DNA of 64,000 nucleotides from Podarcis vaucheri (lineage: Eukaryota), in NCBI GenBank assembly GCA_965113315.1, contig OZ220369.1; one strand, written 5' to 3'. Positions 60,238-64,000 of this stretch are shown here, in pieces. The notes beneath the pieces were generated by a model. The model did no database searches. It was given only the letters and a program-made list of their open reading frames with translations, and was not told the DNA's origin. How positions within the stretch are numbered: position 1 is the stretch's first letter; every line of letters starts with the position of its first letter. Both the position numbers and the translations under genes were made by a program.

Positions 60238-61583
60238 CTCCACCAACCTCAGTCTGCCCTCAGCTAGCCTCCCACCTGCCCTGCCTTTCTCACATATAAT
60301 CAAGGAAGGGGTGGTTCTGCCTGTTATTGGCTCTGCCTTCACCTCCTGTTGCTCTCCCTGCCTTCTGCCCTTCCCATCCCAAAGGGCACCAGCTACCACT
60401 GATCATAGGCTATTATAAAATAGGCTTCGAAATGGCTTATCTACCAGTAGTGGCCAGATTTGGGGAGCCGCCCACTAAAGTGTGTCACTTGATGTGGCCT
60501 TTCCTTGCAAGGGAGATTCTCCAGTTTCCCCTTTGGTCTAATTATGATTCCTGCTCATGCTAAGGGCCACGTTTTATGTGAACTGGTTAGCCAAAATCTG
60601 AGGCAATCCACATACACACAAAAAGCTCAGAAGGTGCTCAGTAGAGACTAGGACTCCTGAGTTTCTGGTCCTTGTGCTTAATGAATGTTCTAAATAAAGG
60701 GAGCTCCACCGCTGTTCTTCATGCAACATGCCTTCGGTTCAGTCAAGCCACTTCCCCCATGCCCAGCTCCACAAACACAATCAAAGCTGGATCAGAAAAC
60801 ACAAGATAGGCATCCGGCAGGCTGTTTATTCAGTAAACAGCTGCAGAGTGGTTTGCTCTCCATTCTTTCCAGTGACACGTTTTGGCAAGAAGCCGGGCCA
60901 GCAGTAAGCACCATGCTATTAAAACAGGAGAGCAAGGTAAATAAGGTGCCCCGAGGCAAAAAGGCCTCGAGGTCAGACGTGGAACAACGGAGACACAGAT
61001 CTATGCTTTATAGAGACAAAACCATTTCAAGGGATGGATGAATCAGTTTGTTTCCTGTCAGTGTCACTCATGTGCTTATTCATAGGTCTGTTTCACCCTG
61101 CTCCGCATTAATCTGTTTTTTTCCCCTCTCTCTCTAAAAGATCATGAAAATTCACATTTAAATACACATCTTTGAATTTGCAAAATGCGCCTTTATCAAA
61201 AAAAAAAAAAGCTTTCATAAACATCTTTTGCTGCAGTTTATGAACTACGGAATATGAACCAGAGACCTTCTACATACAAATCATCTGTTCTGCTGCTGTG
61301 CTCTGCAGATCTCCCATCTTCTCTCTTCCCCACCCTAACTTAGCCAGGCACATATCTGGCACACACACACACAAAAATCAACATGGAAACTTTTAATAGG
61401 TCACAGCAAATATGCCACCATTTTGCTATCCCCCCCACTCCCCTTTAATTATCATCAGCACTAAATTAAAAAAAATAAATGGCACGATGTCAGACTCCCA
61501 GAATGAGAAAATCCTAATCATTCCAGGAGGAAGTTAACTTAATGGGAAAAACTAGTGGGTGGCAGTAGGTGGATAAGGGGAAC

Positions 61584-61870
61584 TTAGCTGAGTTGGTTAC
61601 AGTGTGGTGCTGATAATGCAAAGGTTGCAGGTTCAACTCCCATATGGGACAGCTGCATATTCCTGCATTGCAGGTAGTTGGATTAGATCAGGCATAGGCA
61701 AACTCCGGTCCTCCAGATGTTTTGAGACTACAATTCCCATCATTCCTGACCACTGGTCCTGTTAGCTAGGGATGATGGGAATTGTAGTTCCAGAACATCT
61801 GGAGGGCCAGAGTTTGCCTATGCCTAGATTAGATGGTCCTTAAGGTCTCTTCCAACTCTATGTTTCTATG
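61584..61870 (+). mobile_element. tRNA-Ile-headed CR1-tailed SINE interrupted by a MITE
   Basis: ttagctgagttggttacagtgtggtgctGATaatgcaaaggttgcaggttcaactcc...ttcctgcattgcagg...ttccaactctatg. Confidence 0.85.
61689..61826. mobile_element. hAT-type MITE
   Basis: TIRs caggcataggcaaact / agtttgcctatgccta; 8-bp TSD gattagat at 61681-61688 and 61827-61834. Confidence 0.9.
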
Positions 61871-62109
61871 CTATTAGGGGCAGAACATGAGAAAGTGTCC
61901 TAGGAACCTAACCTGCATTCTGGGCTACGTGAACACGACACACTAAAAAAACAACACATTGCTTCCCCAGATAGAATGCTGGGAACCTCGTTTTTTCAAA
62001 GGAACTGGGAACTGTAGCTCTGTGGGGGTGGGGTACAGTTTACAGGGGAAAGTGGTCTGCTTTAAACGTATGCCTTAGAGAGTCACTTCGCCAAAGAAAT
62101 ATGTAAACA

Positions 62110-62312
62110 GTATTTATAGCCTGCCCTTCCTCCAAGGAGCTTTGGGTGGCACACATGGCTCCTCTCTCCATTTCATCTGCACAACAGCCCTGCAAGATTG
62201 GTTACACTGAAAGAGAGCTGGTGCCAAAGTTGCCCAGCAAGTTTTGTGGCCAAATAGACACTTGAGGCCAGATGTCCCTGATCCATGCCGAACGGTCAGC
62301 AACCACACCATA
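62110..62312 (-). mobile_element. Squam3-like SINE, diverged
   Basis: ccttcctccaaggagct...acaacagccctgcaag...ccaaagttgcccagcaag...accacaccatattggc. Confidence 0.7.
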
Positions 62313-63456
62313 TTGGCACCCATGTGCCATTTGATTTCCCTTTTGGCTGCATTCAGGGCCTCACCCTGCAAAATCACACCAGCTCGCCTGACCCTGCAGA
62401 ACCAAACCAGCATCGATTCTCCTGTTACCAGTTTTAAACAGGTTCCCGTCCCCTTAGCAAGTGCTGTCCAGACTTTCCTTCCTTTGGGCACCTTGAAGGC
62501 CAGCAACTTAGGACTCAAACAAGCAAGTCATCAGAAGATCTACTGATAAAAAGGTTGCATCTTACCTAATCTCTCTCTCTAGCTTTTGGTTTAAAGGGTT
62601 GCCATGAACCCAAATGCTTCAGAGGACTCCCCAGGAAAGCACATCAGAGACCCTCTTTGAGGAGAAGGAAGCAAGCGCGTTTAAGAAGGGAAGGATCCAC
62701 CCAAGTGGAACTCCTCGGTCTTCTCCAAGTTAGAGAACCCAAAGCGATGGTGTTTTCAGCTCCTTGTCGTACTGCTTTCCGCGTTTCATTACGTTTCCAG
62801 ATAAAGAGCAAAGGCCAGAGACAGAAGGTTCTGTTGCAACCATAAACGCTACCGAGCTGTTCCTGTAGGAGCTTGTTAGAGGTTGCCAAACTCGCTTTCG
62901 CTTCAAAGAGGGGAAGAAATGCTAGCAGTACAAAAACCAAAAGACATCTAGGGAGAAATTGGTGGAGGGTGGGGAGAGAGAGAAATGTACAGAGCACATA
63001 CCTCAGTTTTCACTCTTTTTCATTGGACAGAGAGTGCAGCTTCAATGATTCTGTCTCCTGTGCATACACGGTGTCTCCCATGTAGAAATCTCAAAAGAGA
63101 GAGAGAGAAAGCAAAAGCTCCTCCCATGTATATTTTGCATAAGGAGGGCCCGGAGATTACAAAGCAACTTTTTATCGTCCTTGTTCCAACAGCTCCAAGG
63201 TAACAAGTTCTGACGGAGGAGGAGGAGGCCAAAGGCAAGCAGAGGGAGTTTACCGGCCTTAGGTGGACTTCATTCTGCCTCTCGCTCTCTCTTGTTTTCA
63301 AACAAACGGGAACTTGTTCTTCAGGTTGGGAGCTGAAAGAAAACTGTTTGTGGCTATATTCGAGCGTGGTGCTGCCTTGTGCACCGGCGGGCTTTGGATG
63401 ATAAAAGGCATGTTCTGTTAACTCGCAGGCTCCCACGTGGGCGGTCAGGTTAACCA

Positions 63457-63534
63457 TTAGCACACAGACGGGATGGGCTTGGAGTTTTGGACTTCCTCAT
63501 CCCGCTGCCAGGGGTAGTTGCTCCTTCGCCAGGT
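63457..63534 (-). CDS. Putative terminal coding exon of an unidentified gene extending beyond the right edge
   Basis: Minus-strand pyrimidine tract and acceptor (gttttgtttctttccttctcttcgctgttgctacaacAG) followed by GC-rich sequence; phase 0 reads TWRRSNYPWQRDEEVQNSKPIPSVC*; other phases also stop within 30 codons; TE-poor UTR-like sequence follows. Confidence 0.45.
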   Translation of the reverse strand, partial: TWRRSNYPWQRDEEVQNSKPIPSVC

Positions 63535-63892
63535 CTGTTGTAGCAACAGCGAAGAGAAGGAAAGAAACAAAACAGGTTTTCATATCTGCAGTAGTTCAAC
63601 GCAAACATCTGGCATCAAAAGCTTATTCTGCATCCTTATTATACATTTATTATTTTAAGGGGTGTGTGCGGTGCTGCAGCATAATGCTCTGCATGTCGAA
63701 AAGCCCAGGTTAAATCTCCCAGTGTCTCTAGTTAAAAGGATCTCAGGTCCTGCCAAGACTTTGGAGATACTTTGCCAGTAGAAGCAGACGAGACTGAGCA
63801 AGACGTAGGCAGTACTGCATGCAAATCATGTATACAAAGTGAATACGTGCAGCTTTATTATATCTGTATAAAAACCATGTGTTCAGTTCATG

Positions 63893-64000
63893 GGGTAGAG
63901 CCGAAGTTTAGTGGTAGAGCATCTGCTTTGCATGCAGAAGGTCCCAGGTTCGGTCCCCTGAATTTCCAGGTAGGGAATGAGAATGTTCCCTGCCTGAAAC
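63893..64000 (+). mobile_element. Squam2-like SINE cut by the window end
   Basis: tagtggtagagcatctgctttgcatgcagaaggtcccaggttcggtccctg (tRNA-Ala-like A and B boxes). Confidence 0.85.

Overview
Vertebrate genomic DNA from a squamate reptile, probably a lacertid lizard (inferred from Sauria/Squam-type SINEs, Bov-B and tRNA/CR1-tailed SINEs). The window is almost all non-coding and rich in transposable elements, and most ORFs in the supplied track are spurious or TE remnants. Recognisable content: an RPS15 processed pseudogene (56083-56587); a probable terminal exon of an unidentified minus-strand gene near 63.5 kb; LINE fragments (Bov-B, other RTE, CR1, L1, L2); two Penelope-like elements, each with a minimal hammerhead ribozyme motif; two solo LTRs; many Tc1/mariner- and hAT-type MITEs; several SINE families; microsatellites; one assembly gap; and TE-free, homeobox-motif-rich blocks that may be enhancers. 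The most unusual observations are one CR1-derived SINE tail fused to three different tRNA heads (Lys, Ile, Asn), a GAT anticodon in the Ile head that may record reverse-transcribed inosine, four independent 32-37 bp direct duplications, two datable multi-layer TE nests, and a (CAA)n-tailed retrocopy. No novel multi-gene system is supported. All family names come from recall of consensus sequences, not database searches.
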